From: Bdellovibrionales bacterium
GTDB lineage: Bacteria; Bdellovibrionota; Bdellovibrionia; Bdellovibrionales; CAYMLA01
Direction: 5' to 3'
Assembly (NCBI GenBank): GCA_965217115.1
Contig: OZ244239.1
Span: 704,001-768,000 of the forward strand
Length of the DNA stretch: 64,000 bases
The notes beneath the pieces are model-generated. The model worked only from the letters and a program-made list of their open reading frames with translations, did not search any database and had not been told where the DNA came from. A program made the translations under genes and the position numbers. This document shows, in pieces, positions 19,616 through 29,893 of this stretch; position 1 is the stretch's first letter, and every line of letters begins with the position of its first letter.

Positions 19616-20254
19616 TCAACGAAATCTGTTGCAATTATCAGAGAGAATGCTGCGTTGTAAAATTTCTCTTCGTGGCATTCCCTCTGTCCCAGGTAATAAT
19701 GTCAGAGCTTTTAATTTAAAGCTCTTCCATTTTTCCTTACCGCTATTAAAAATCAGCTTATCTCTCATTTTACAATACAAATTCATATCGTAGGCCTCTA
19801 GCCAACCATACTTATCTCCCAAACCTTCGGGGGGAGCCTCTCCCCAGCCCATCATAACCAAAAGCTCCACTCCCTTCCACAGATACCCTTCAACTTGATG
19901 AGATGATATAATCTCATCAGGTTGAGTTTTAATTTCGAGAAGTTGACGACGACACTCTGGATACACACCCTCTATTTCTAGCAAAATTTTTCTAAGACCA
20001 TGAAAATACTCTAAACACCCCCCTATGGTATTAGTCTTAAGACACAAGTCTTTTAACACTCTCAACTTTGCTTTTTTCTTCTGCTCACCAGTGCCTTCAT
20101 CAAAGAGAAAACTTTTTTTTGTCTCTTTAAAATTCTCTAATTGAGCATCACAAATAGTTCGAGGGGGGTCTGACAACACTATAAACAACGTTCCTAGGAT
20201 TAAAGCGCCTAAAACAAGAGTCGGTTTTGAAAGTTGATTAAACCAGTTTCCCAT
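19616..20254 (-). CDS. Membrane-anchored Cys-containing hypothetical protein
   Basis: N-terminal TM helix, DPP.TICD.Q, MGWGEAPP. Confidence 0.7.
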   Translation of the reverse strand: MGNWFNQLSKPTLVLGALILGTLFIVLSDPPRTICDAQLENFKETKKSFLFDEGTGEQKKKAKLRVLKDLCLKTNTIGGCLEYFHGLRKILLEIEGVYPECRRQLLEIKTQPDEIISSHQVEGYLWKGVELLVMMGWGEAPPEGLGDKYGWLEAYDMNLYCKMRDKLIFNSGKEKWKSFKLKALTLLPGTEGMPRREILQRSILSDNCNRFR

Positions 20255-20420
20255 ATGCTGAATATATCATCACGGAAAAATGAACTCAAACAAAACTCTC
20301 GATGCTGTTTTTCCATTTCTTAACCCATGGAGTTATATAAGTTTTTGTTCCATTTTATTGCTATTTTATTGATTTTTTGACACAAATAACTCTAGACCAA
20401 CTTTAAACAAGGATTCTTCA

Positions 20421-21227
20421 ATGCTCTCAGTTTTTAACCGTTTTGCTCATTTAAGAATAATAGTTCTCCTGGCTTTTTCTACCTTTCCATCTTCCTATGC
20501 CTTTTCCGCAGATCTTGATTTTTCTTGGAGTAAAGTTCAAGGAGCTGCCGGAGTAGAGTATTTCTCAAACACTTACAAGAGAGGAATTCTTACCTACGGA
20601 AGTGGACAACTCATCCCTATTTATTCAATCGATCTAGGAACACCAGATATCCAATTTGCAGGTTCTTCATTCACTTTTCGTTCCTTTTTAATAGACGATA
20701 AACTTCTTTTTCGCAGTCGAATTTTTTTCGATTCCACCTTCGATCAACCACTGTACTTCTCTGCAGAAAAAGAAAATGATCGTGTACGACGAGAAGCCAC
20801 CAACGAGTTAGATCTTTTCTTAGAGTATCGCTTCCGACACCGAGGAGAGCTTACTCTCATGCTTAGTCAAGATCTGACCGCCCATTCAGGAACCTATGCT
20901 GAATTTGGTTTTCGAGCTATTCTCGCTAATTTAAAACCTAAAAATAATAGTTTTCTTATCCAACCTGCTTTTTTCGCCTCTATTGGCGGTGGAAACACAG
21001 CCCATAACAAGTATTTCTACGGAGATGGAGCCTCTGATTGGTCCTTTTCTAACTATTCCATGGGGTTCTCAATATCAAGCCCTGCTGTTATTGATATCCT
21101 ATATCCTGTACTCAAAATCACCTATTTTGGTCTTCTTGGTGACGATAACCAAACAGCCTCCTATGTAAAAAAAGGAGAGACAACTGGTTGGAATGTGATT
21201 GCTCTTGTCGCCTTTCGCGTATTCTAA
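20421..21227 (+). CDS. MipA/OmpV-like outer-membrane beta-barrel protein
   Basis: Signal peptide, HNKYFYG motif, alternating beta strands, C-terminal Phe. Confidence 0.65.
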   Translation: MLSVFNRFAHLRIIVLLAFSTFPSSYAFSADLDFSWSKVQGAAGVEYFSNTYKRGILTYGSGQLIPIYSIDLGTPDIQFAGSSFTFRSFLIDDKLLFRSRIFFDSTFDQPLYFSAEKENDRVRREATNELDLFLEYRFRHRGELTLMLSQDLTAHSGTYAEFGFRAILANLKPKNNSFLIQPAFFASIGGGNTAHNKYFYGDGASDWSFSNYSMGFSISSPAVIDILYPVLKITYFGLLGDDNQTASYVKKGETTGWNVIALVAFRVF

Positions 21228-21251
21228 TGGAACTAATGCCAAGCAGTTTAC

Positions 21252-21599
21252 TGGTTCTTTGTGGTAAATAGTGGAACTGTTCCCAAGAGACCCATCTTGA
21301 GGGCTCTCTTTCTAAAACTATCCATGGATAACAGCGTTGTTATACATGGAGGTCAGTCATAGAAAGAGATCCATTGACCCATTGATTGAATACAGCATTT
21401 TTTTCTAGAGTCTCTCCCAAAAGAATCCAGTTCTTTTCGGCGAGTTTGGCTTGGCGACTTCCATTGCATTTCTCTGCAATGGAAGGTGACAAACGAATGT
21501 TTGAGCAAGAAAAGGGCTAGAGTCTTTTGGGAGAGACTCTAGAAAAAAAACAGCTCATCAGAAAAAAACTGGTTCCACTATTATTTGTCATAAAGAATC
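21252..21599 (+). repeat. ~350-bp dispersed repeat, copy A (contains a long hairpin at 21398-21549)
   Basis: Near-identical inverted copy at 27015-27478. Confidence 0.9.
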
Positions 21600-21602
21600 A
21601 AT

Positions 21603-23210
21603 TTATTTCACTCCAGCAAAAGACACACCCGATAATTCATGCATGTCTTTTTTCCAAGTCACTAAATCATTCTGAGACAATTGGTTCAAATGGTTATGAC
21701 CACACGCACGAGCCAGTATTTTCATTAAATGCACAGTGGCATCAAAGTAATTCTGTAATCGTTTCGCCGAAGCCTCCACTATGAACCGTTCACGAAGATT
21801 TTTTTTCTGTGTTGCTATGCCCACTGGACAGTTGTTGGTTTGACAGGCTCTCATTCCTAAACAACCGATGGCTTGCAACGCCGAATTAGAAACTGCAATT
21901 GCATCAGCGCCCATAGACAAAGCCTTAGCAAAATCATCAGCTGTTCGTAAACCACCAGTAATTATTAAACTCACGTCACTTCTTTCCAAATCATCCAAGT
22001 GACGACGCGCTCGTGCCAGAGCAGGAATTGTCGGCACTGAAATATTGTCACGAAATAAAATCGGCGCGGCCCCTGTGCCGCCTCCACGACCATCTAAAAT
22101 AATATAATCCACACCAATCTCTAAGGCAGCATCAATGTCCTTTTCAATATGTTGAGCAGATAATTTATAACCAATAGGAATTCCACCCGTTTCTTCTCTC
22201 ACTTTTTGAGAAAACTCTTTGATCGGTTCCAGGCTCTCCCAATCTGGAAAACGAGACGGAGAAATAGCATCCTGTCCATCTTCCAAACCTCTGACTTGAG
22301 CAATCTTTCCTCTTACTTTCTCACCAGGAAGATGTCCGCCTGTTCCCGTCTTAGCTCCCTGACCTCCTTTAAAATGAAAAGCCTGGCATTTTTTTACCTT
22401 CTCCATCGAAAAACCAAATCGTGCAGAAGCTAATTCATAAAAATAACGAGAGTTGGCGGCTTGCTCTTCTGGCAACATCCCCCCTTCTCCACTACAAATA
22501 CCTGTCCCTGATTTTTCCGCCCCCAGAGCCAACGCCACTTTTGCCTCTTCTGATAAAGCCCCAAAACTCATATCCGATACAAAGATGGGTATGTCTAATT
22601 TCAACGGTTTTTTAGCGTTTGGTCCAATAATGACCTCTGAACCTACAGACTCTTCATCTAATCTGGGAACATTAGCTAACTGGGCTGTTACAAATTGAAT
22701 ATCTTGCCAACTAGGTAATTCCCCTCTGGGAACACCCATCGCAGACATCGGCCCATGATGGCCCACATTTTTTAAACCATTTTTTGCCAATTCTTGAATC
22801 TGATTATTAAATGGCTCCTCTTCAGAGCCATGAATATCCTGATAACTCCCAAGATATTCGTCTCTATTAAACGGCTGTGGATTTTTTTCCTGCCAAGAAG
22901 ATATCTCTTCCTCATCCACCCAAATTTCTTCTTTTTCTACCCAGCTCTGAAATTTATGTAACTTTTCACTGTTATTATATTCACTCACCCCTGTGTCATA
23001 ACGGTAATCCCAATTATGAACACCACAAATAAGGTTCTCACCGTCGATATGACCATCAGCTAATAGAGCCCCCCGGTGATGACAGCGACCATATAAAACA
23101 GACACTTCCCCACCGTAGCGGATCACAACTAAGTCCACATTGGCAACTAACGCATAGTAAGGTTCACGATCTTTTACATTTGAAAAATCAGCTATTTTTA
23201 TTTTTTTCAT
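21603..23210 (-). CDS. Rieske [2Fe-2S] domain fused to an FMN-binding glutamate-synthase-family domain
   Basis: CHHRG...CGVHNW Rieske motif; SDMSFGALS, SGEGG, GQGAKTGTGGHLPG, DGRGGGTGA, GCLGMRACQTNNCPVG. Confidence 0.92.
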   Translation of the reverse strand: MKKIKIADFSNVKDREPYYALVANVDLVVIRYGGEVSVLYGRCHHRGALLADGHIDGENLICGVHNWDYRYDTGVSEYNNSEKLHKFQSWVEKEEIWVDEEEISSWQEKNPQPFNRDEYLGSYQDIHGSEEEPFNNQIQELAKNGLKNVGHHGPMSAMGVPRGELPSWQDIQFVTAQLANVPRLDEESVGSEVIIGPNAKKPLKLDIPIFVSDMSFGALSEEAKVALALGAEKSGTGICSGEGGMLPEEQAANSRYFYELASARFGFSMEKVKKCQAFHFKGGQGAKTGTGGHLPGEKVRGKIAQVRGLEDGQDAISPSRFPDWESLEPIKEFSQKVREETGGIPIGYKLSAQHIEKDIDAALEIGVDYIILDGRGGGTGAAPILFRDNISVPTIPALARARRHLDDLERSDVSLIITGGLRTADDFAKALSMGADAIAVSNSALQAIGCLGMRACQTNNCPVGIATQKKNLRERFIVEASAKRLQNYFDATVHLMKILARACGHNHLNQLSQNDLVTWKKDMHELSGVSFAGVK

Positions 23211-23998
23211 TGCCTCTCTCCATTCCTTGGTAATCGTTTAATGCTCTCAGGGCGAAGTTTATAAACAAACATATCTCCCCATTTTTCTATCTTACCTTCT
23301 GCTTGCACTAAGTCACCGATAAAGGGAATGATCGACTCTAGAATAGGTTCTCCATCCTCTGTTAACAGTAAATAAAAAGTCTCCCGCAAGAACCTATCTC
23401 GTACGACAAACATGGGAGGTATCCCACCTTTGATACACAGAGTCGCACAAGCCTTGTGAGTCTTCCCACCCCCTGGTTTCATCGCTCCGATATAGCATTT
23501 AGGGTCAATGATCTCTCCCTTAAGGGAGTTCTCGCCTAAAGAGATCACTGGAGAGAAATCCTCTGGGATATGACTAAGAGTCTCTGCAGGCAAAACACGA
23601 ATAGCACTCTCAGCATCTAAGATAGAAAAAAGAAATCGACCCTCTTTATGAATCATCACTCCAGTAAGTTCAACGGCTTTACCTCCAAGCCCCTTAATAC
23701 GCTTTTTTACTCCTGACTTAATCATTGAAGTCAAAATCGCTGTCTGTATTGAACCATCCTTGTGCTGAAAACGAGCAAGACCATATGGCTTCGTCCACAG
23801 GCGAGTCTGAATTTTCATCGCACTCACTCCAGATGCGTCCCACCCCTGTCCATCACCTGGAAGTTTTTGATTCTTAGCAATTAAAAAACCTAAACCCAAA
23901 ATCAATGGGAACATAAAAGACAAAAGGACCTTCAAAAAACGACGGTGCCTAGAAGGCATCGGAAAGTACCCCACATAGAAATCATCCTCTTTATTCAT
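23207..23998 (-). CDS. Conserved membrane-anchored protein of Rieske/ferric-reductase clusters
   Basis: DDFYVGY, GEIIDPKCYIGAMKPG.GKTHKACATLCIKGGIPP; overlaps both neighbours. Confidence 0.8.
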   Translation of the reverse strand: MNKEDDFYVGYFPMPSRHRRFLKVLLSFMFPLILGLGFLIAKNQKLPGDGQGWDASGVSAMKIQTRLWTKPYGLARFQHKDGSIQTAILTSMIKSGVKKRIKGLGGKAVELTGVMIHKEGRFLFSILDAESAIRVLPAETLSHIPEDFSPVISLGENSLKGEIIDPKCYIGAMKPGGGKTHKACATLCIKGGIPPMFVVRDRFLRETFYLLLTEDGEPILESIIPFIGDLVQAEGKIEKWGDMFVYKLRPESIKRLPRNGERQ

Positions 23999-25049
23999 TC
24001 GTTACCTCACAGCCCGTGGATGGTTCAATATACACACCTACCCCCTCTGTCTCAGGCCAAACATAAACATACCCATCACTCACCTTGGTTCTATAGGTCG
24101 ATATTTTTTCCTCAAATGGAGGGGGACTTTGACCATCCTCTGGACGGTACTGCCAACCATGCCAAGGACAGGTAATACAACCATCTATCACTCGACCCTC
24201 ACTCAACGGCCCCCCTTGATGGGCGCAAAGATTCGTCACTGCATTAAATCCCTTAGCGTGCTTGAAAACAGCTATCCTCTCTCCACCCTCTGCACAAACG
24301 ACCTTGGCCTTATCTTTAGCAAAAGCATCAGCAGGAGCTACGGATAACCAGCCCTCTCCATCTAAAGTCTTTCCTCTATCTTTTTTATTCTCTTTAAAAA
24401 AAGCAATGAGGTGTAAGCCCACGACAACAGTCAAACCCAATCCCATCAACCACACATAAGCAGGTGCCTCTTCCGACTGCAGCACTCCCAATGCCACATG
24501 GATCACCACCGCGGCATAGGCCACATAAATCAACATATGAATACCTTTCCAAATATCCCGACCCAGATTTCTTTGCCAGAAGTCATGGCTCGTCGACGCC
24601 AATAACAAGAGAATTAACAGCGCCACCAACCCAAATACCTCAAAAGGAAACGCTGTAAAACTTGTATACTCTGAACTACTCGTCAACAAAGAGACAAAAG
24701 GGTTTATCTTACCAAAACTATGATAAAAGAACGTGACCAATGCAGCATGTAGCAAAGAGATAATGGCTGTCATCACACCCAAATGACGACGATTATAAAC
24801 TAACGGTAAAAACAATGGATTTAAACGAGCCAGAGGTCCCATTAATAAAATCACATGGAGCAACACAAGTGCGCAGCTACCAAAAGCGCGAATTAAAAGA
24901 ACTATCCCACTGAGCTGCTGATTCTCTGGCAAGAAAAACACACTGCCAAATATATAAGCCAAGATATAAGAAGTAATAAGACCCGCCGCAATCCAATCAT
25001 ACCATCTCTTATGCCCCGTCCATTGCACTGTCACATAATTAGCACTCAT
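23991..25049 (-). CDS. Ferric-reductase-like TM domain (MsrQ-type) fused to a Rieske domain
   Basis: NRRHLGV, LASTSHDFW, WKGIHMLIY; CAHQGGPL...CPWHGW. Confidence 0.9.
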   Translation of the reverse strand: MSANYVTVQWTGHKRWYDWIAAGLITSYILAYIFGSVFFLPENQQLSGIVLLIRAFGSCALVLLHVILLMGPLARLNPLFLPLVYNRRHLGVMTAIISLLHAALVTFFYHSFGKINPFVSLLTSSSEYTSFTAFPFEVFGLVALLILLLLASTSHDFWQRNLGRDIWKGIHMLIYVAYAAVVIHVALGVLQSEEAPAYVWLMGLGLTVVVGLHLIAFFKENKKDRGKTLDGEGWLSVAPADAFAKDKAKVVCAEGGERIAVFKHAKGFNAVTNLCAHQGGPLSEGRVIDGCITCPWHGWQYRPEDGQSPPPFEEKISTYRTKVSDGYVYVWPETEGVGVYIEPSTGCEVTNE

Positions 25050-25102
25050 TAAAGATAAAACTCCCTTTTACAAATAATAAAAATAACATCTCAACAGTAA
25101 AT

Positions 25103-25198
25103 TCATCTCAAGAAAATAGACAATAGAAATACAATTCCAATAATTACACCCAAAACCACCCATAATCGGCCGTGCCATAAACGATGATGACGCGTCAT
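25103..25198 (-). CDS. 31-aa membrane microprotein absent from the ORF track
   Basis: MTRHHRLWHGRLWVVLGVIIGIVFLLSIFLR; its ATG overlaps the upstream stop codon (TAATG). Confidence 0.65.
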   Translation of the reverse strand: MTRHHRLWHGRLWVVLGVIIGIVFLLSIFLR

Positions 25199-25398
25199 TA
25201 CCCTCTCCTCAATATTTTTATTAATAACCAAGGCCAGATGAGAACCGATGCTGGCATTAACAACAAGCAAAAACTAACACTTGAAGACTTCACAACAGGG
25301 TCCAAAATTTTAGCTCCTTTTAAAATAAAGAATATAGCGAAGCAAAATCCTAAGATTAAATAACTCGCCACTAGAAATAAAAAAATCTCAACTACCAT
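25198..25398 (-). CDS. Small two-helix membrane protein, first gene of the Rieske cluster
   Basis: Hydrophobic; G...LDP....S...F.LL..P...LIWP. Confidence 0.75.
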   Translation of the reverse strand: MVVEIFLFLVASYLILGFCFAIFFILKGAKILDPVVKSSSVSFCLLLMPASVLIWPWLLIKILRRG

Positions 25399-25474
25399 GT
25401 GCCTGCCTTCACAGTCATCCGTAATATAGGATGATTATTATTTGGAATAATATTACTCACAACTTAATATCTCT

Positions 25475-26038
25475 CTACCTTACGGAAGTACCGCAGTTTT
25501 TGTACTGCTCTTGATTAATAGGATTAAAGGCCTTCCAGCTTTGCCGTCTCTTAGTGCTTTGTAACCATATGTTTTTATCTTTACTACAGAAAAAAATACG
25601 ATGCTTGTTCACTTTATACGTTCTTACTATTTCAACTACGCTACGAAAAAAACCGCTCAGTGCTTGCTTTTTTAGTTCTCCAAAACTCTCCTTAGCTATG
25701 CCAATATTTATTAACACTAAAGGGAAAACCTTTTGCAAATGCACCTTTTGTGCGTTCTGAGAAGATATTGAGTTCATGCTTGCCTGAACCTTCTTAGAAA
25801 TCAATGATAGCTGAGAATTACTACGTGCTGTATCTTTAGGGAAATCCACTAAAACTTCATGTAGATTCACGACTTCGTCTAATAATTTATTAACCTTCTC
25901 TGTTAAATCAGAAGAGAGTGCAATATCTCGATGCCTTCTGGCTTCAACATAGAGCGTCGCCGCAACAATAAGAGCTATCAAAAAAATATTTTTCACAAAG
26001 GCCACCTTAAACACAAGAGCCGAAAATCTTAACATCAA
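25475..26038 (-). CDS. Exported hypothetical protein, DUF3347-like C-terminus
   Basis: FFC....IWLQ...NP.....KNCG. Confidence 0.55.
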   Translation of the reverse strand: MMLRFSALVFKVAFVKNIFLIALIVAATLYVEARRHRDIALSSDLTEKVNKLLDEVVNLHEVLVDFPKDTARSNSQLSLISKKVQASMNSISSQNAQKVHLQKVFPLVLINIGIAKESFGELKKQALSGFFRSVVEIVRTYKVNKHRIFFCSKDKNIWLQSTKRRQSWKAFNPINQEQYKNCGTSVR

Positions 26039-26211
26039 TCTTCAAGCTCCCCTTAGACCATACACAAGGTAAATCTCAATATTTACTTCAAAATAACGCG
26101 CCGAGCAGTGTCTTCTTTTTTTTTAAACTTCCCTCCCCTCCTCTCTTAATATATGTTGTCAGCTAAAGGTCTGGTCTCAAGCCAGAGAATCTATTAAAAA
26201 GGAGCCATTTT

Positions 26212-26551
26212 ATGAAAAAAATCATTTTTATTTTAGGGGCAGTTTTACTCTCCTTCAACTTAGCATCTGCCAAAGAAGAGCAGTGCTTGAGAAAAGGTCA
26301 CAACACTTGAAAGACTTGTCGAAACTCTTGATCTTAAAGTTCGTCTTTTAGAGCGAAGCATCAGAAGAGATAGACCCGCCTGCATATTTTATCGCTGTAA
26401 TGCCCGTTCAGTCTATACTACCAGACATTTTACAGCGACAGGAAGAACAAAGTGCGAAGCAGTTTCAAATGTCATAGAGACGTGCAGAATAGCTGGTGAA
26501 AAGTGCCTAGATCTCGATGGGTTGATGGGGTGCCTCCAAACTCGCTACTAA
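26212..26551 (+). pseudogene. Frameshifted gene for a small Cys-rich secreted protein
   Basis: RBS AAGGAG plus MKKIIFILGAVLLSFNLASAKEEQCL, stop at ~26310; the +1 frame continues EKVTTLERLVETL...FTATGRTKCEAVSNVIETC...TRY* and is followed by a terminator. Confidence 0.6.
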
Positions 26552-26573
26552 GTATTTTTTAGTTTCGTAAAAA

Positions 26574-26599
26574 AATTGGCCCGTCGAAGCGGGCCAATT
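26574..26599. terminator. Intrinsic terminator-like hairpin
   Basis: AATTGGCCCG-TCGAAG-CGGGCCAATT. Confidence 0.7.
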
Positions 26600-27014
26600 A
26601 ATAATTTACTAAATAGTTGTTTTATTTCATAAGATTGTGAAGATTTTGTCCGGGCTTTATAGATTTCATAGACTTTATAGACTGCGTAGACTTCTGCATC
26701 TGCATAGTTGCAGGAAAGCCTGGTAAAAGATTATCATTACTGCACTCTATGGCAGTGGCTGCCTCCCCTACTGTTAAACTAAAAGACACTGTTTTAGTCT
26801 CCCCTCCCATTGCCGTTAAATTTATTTCACTAAATACCTAGAAGCAATTCTTGGTCCAATAATATAAAACCCTAAAGAACTTATATTATTAAATAATTCT
26901 TCCTGCTGCTGATTTCTCCACCAAAAAAAACTATTAATTAGTCAGTCTATGCCAAAACAGGCTCCTTTACCCAAAATCTGCTAAGCCTGAACAGTTCAGT
27001 CTCTAAAAAAAAAG

Positions 27015-27478
27015 GTTCTTTATGACAAACAATAGTGGATCCAGTTTTTTTCTGATGAGCTGTTTTTTTTTTAGAGTCTCTCCCAAAAGAATCCAGCCCT
27101 TTTCTTGCTCAAACAGCCGTTTGTCACCTTCCATTGCAGAAAAATGCAATGGAAGTCGCCAAGCCAAACTCGCCGAAAAGAACTGGATTCTTTTGGGAGA
27201 GACTCTAGAAAAAAGGACGTATTCAATCAATTGAGTCAATGGATCTTTAGTGTAATATCAAAGGGAATTGTACAAAAGAAAGACTGGGAAGGCCAAAGTG
27301 TTGGTTTAGAAATAGGTCATTTCTTCTGGACAAATTTCCTCGAGAGTTTAAAACGAATAATCATAAACCTGGACTGACCTCCATGTATAACAACGCTGTT
27401 ATCCATGGATAGTTTTAGAAAGAAAGCCCTCAAGATGAGTCTCTTGGGAACAGTTCCACTATTTATCACAAAGAACCA
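27015..27478 (-). repeat. Dispersed repeat, copy B (inverted relative to copy A, with ~120 bp extra internal sequence)
   Basis: Reverse complement aligns to 21252-21599 except about 27247-27371. Confidence 0.9.
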
Positions 27479-27486
27479 AAAAAAAA

Positions 27487-27509
27487 CGGGGTGCTTTCCC
27501 AGCACCCCG
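27487..27509 (-). terminator. Intrinsic terminator after the OMP gene
   Basis: CGGGGTGCT-TTCCC-AGCACCCCG followed by a T run on the minus strand. Confidence 0.8.
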
Positions 27510-27541
27510 CCTTAGTTATTTTATATTATATCGATTTTAAT

Positions 27542-28216
27542 TTAGAAATAATTTACTATGCCTAGATAAAGCCCATTGCCAGTGAAATCAGTTTCAACAT
27601 CCCTTATTTTATAACTTGAAAGGAATCGAGACTTTAAGCTCGCACTTACACCCCAATAATCTTGGCCCGCAGGAAACCATTTCAATCCAAAAGATCCTTT
27701 AAACCCAGAGTAACTTATAGAATCTTTTTGGTTTGATGAATATTCATACTGAAGTGCAACAAAAGGGATAAGATCGTTTCCTTTTTTATTCTCTATAAAG
27801 AAATAAGAAAATGTCGGGCCTATACCAAATGTATCTGCATCACTGCCTACATCTATCCCAATCTCAAAAAGTTTATAATTTTTTGAAAACTCAACAGCTA
27901 TCTTTCTTGTTTCATTATCTGGTCCATTTTCAAATTTAGAATTGGAAAATTCAGATTTTATTGTAAACCCATACTCTCTATTGAAATCACTCTTCCCTTG
28001 GGGACTACCAGAAGCATTAATTTTATAATATTTATTTACTTTTAGTTTATTTCCAGAGACAACCTTGACCACAATTTTTTTTCCTTTAACCCTCAAAACC
28101 TTCACTTCTGTTGAAAAAACAGATAAAGGGAACGCAAGAAGGACACATATACTAAATAAAAATTTCATTCTAAAACCTCCTGAGATCTTCTTCTTTTGAC
28201 ACAATAACAGTAACAA
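27542..28216 (-). CDS. Outer-membrane beta-barrel protein (true start probably MKFLFS at 28168)
   Basis: RBS GGAGG before MKFLFS, signal peptide, C-terminal YF. Confidence 0.7.
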   Translation of the reverse strand: MLLLLCQKKKISGGFRMKFLFSICVLLAFPLSVFSTEVKVLRVKGKKIVVKVVSGNKLKVNKYYKINASGSPQGKSDFNREYGFTIKSEFSNSKFENGPDNETRKIAVEFSKNYKLFEIGIDVGSDADTFGIGPTFSYFFIENKKGNDLIPFVALQYEYSSNQKDSISYSGFKGSFGLKWFPAGQDYWGVSASLKSRFLSSYKIRDVETDFTGNGLYLGIVNYF

Positions 28217-28387
28217 TACAGATGCAGATGCAGATACATATAGACAACAGCAACCAAGACAAAGGTCATATTGACCTCCTTAGATTTTAAAAACATTCAA
28301 AAAAGAACCTCCATCAATATTCAATGGCGAAAAAAGACGGAAAGGGCATAGACACGTCATTAGACAACCTCTATTATTCCTAGATTA

Positions 28388-29224
28388 ATGATAAAACCGA
28401 GTGTTAATAACACCAAAAACTCATCGAGGTATCATATTAAAATTAGTGACTCTATTTTTAAAATTAATGACAAAGTTACAGACTGTTACTTGATTCAAAA
28501 CAAAATTTATGGGGCCTTTGACCATTCTTTCCTTTTAGATATTATTAAAAAAAATCAAGTGGAAAATATCTTAGATGTGGGTACAGGGGAAGGTTCGTTT
28601 ATATTAGAATTAGAGACGCTGGTTCCAAAAATAAAAATTGAAGCCATAGATGCCAATGAAAATCTGATTCTAGCTGCCATAAAAAAGAGGAAAAACAGTG
28701 AAATCGATTTCAAAACAGGCCTATTTGATCAAAACTACACCTCCAAGACCTTTGGGCTGATTATAGCTCGCTTTGCTGTAGAGCATATGTCTAAGCCTTC
28801 TGAATTTCTTATAAATGCATTTGATAATCTTGCACATAAGGGATGTCTAGCCATTGTTGAATACCATGTTCATTTCTCAGGTAAAGAAATCCCCATTTGG
28901 AAGGCATTTAAAGATAAGGAAATAGAACTCTATAAAGCGGTAAACTCAAATCCTAACGTGACTTATGGGCTTACGCAGGGACTAGCCAAAGTTGGTTTTT
29001 CCAATATTAAATCCCAATGGCACTGTATTTCTCCATCAACCGTGGGGAGTGACATCTTTTTTAGTTTAATCATTACATACGCCCATTTATATAATAAAAT
29101 AAATGACCAAATTTGGACTTCATCTTTTGTGGAAGAGATCACCTCGTGGTCTAAAAATCAAAACGACGAAGACGAGGAACCCTCATTAATGATCACTCAC
29201 ACTGTGGGTCAAAAAATTCTTTAG
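28388..29224 (+). CDS. Class I SAM-dependent methyltransferase
   Basis: ILDVGTGEG motif I, AIDAN, IARFAVEH. Confidence 0.85.
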   Translation: MIKPSVNNTKNSSRYHIKISDSIFKINDKVTDCYLIQNKIYGAFDHSFLLDIIKKNQVENILDVGTGEGSFILELETLVPKIKIEAIDANENLILAAIKKRKNSEIDFKTGLFDQNYTSKTFGLIIARFAVEHMSKPSEFLINAFDNLAHKGCLAIVEYHVHFSGKEIPIWKAFKDKEIELYKAVNSNPNVTYGLTQGLAKVGFSNIKSQWHCISPSTVGSDIFFSLIITYAHLYNKINDQIWTSSFVEEITSWSKNQNDEDEEPSLMITHTVGQKIL

Positions 29225-29416
29225 CTCTAAAAAGCACTCTATTTTTAACAGTGGATCGGTTCTCATTTAGCCGACTATTTCTTTTTCCCAGATTTTCAAA
29301 GTAACAATAAATCTGACGTAACAGATATCCCAACCTGTACAACACCTTAGACTGGAACATCAGACTCATCGTACAAGTAAGTACCTCGCCATAACGAGAT
29401 ACTTACTAAATTTATA

Positions 29417-29893
29417 CTAATTTCTTTTATAAGAGCATTGAGTAAATGATTTAACTATTGGTGTTTTTCCTTTTCGTTCAAGAGTATATTTACTTGTATT
29501 TTCTGCATCACAAACATTTTTTATTTCAATCGTAATTCTTACCGAGGCATTGTTCTCTAAAGCATCCCTTGATTTATTGTCAGCAATAATTTTTGATGGC
29601 CCACATTCTCCGTTTGAGTGAAATTGACTTACAACATTCAGGGAGGTTACTATTGTTCCTTCTGAATCAACAATCTTAACAGATTGAATTAAACCATAAC
29701 TGGTTTCACCTTCATCAAAGTAACCTAACCTTTCAGAGAGATTGAAAGTATCAGTTAGTATTCCTCCATTTTCAAACTCAATATTTTCAGGCATAATATT
29801 AGTGCATGTAACATTGAGTTCATACGCAAATAAATCCGTCGTTAAAATAAATAAGCTTGCTACAATAAATAATTTCACCATGTTCTTCTCCAT
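29417..29893 (-). CDS. Secreted hypothetical protein
   Basis: Signal peptide, four Cys. Confidence 0.65.
   Translation of the reverse strand: MEKNMVKLFIVASLFILTTDLFAYELNVTCTNIMPENIEFENGGILTDTFNLSERLGYFDEGETSYGLIQSVKIVDSEGTIVTSLNVVSQFHSNGECGPSKIIADNKSRDALENNASVRITIEIKNVCDAENTSKYTLERKGKTPIVKSFTQCSYKRN

Noticed and set aside
21527..27505. Short ORFs 21527-21784, 27003-27239, 27022-27234, 27105-27377 and 27317-27505
   Set aside because: They lie within the non-coding inverted repeat element on both strands
28320..28370. Possible degenerate outer att site (ATGGCGAAAAAAGACGG...TAGACA repeats)
   Set aside because: Similarity to the tRNA-Pro 3' end is too weak to support
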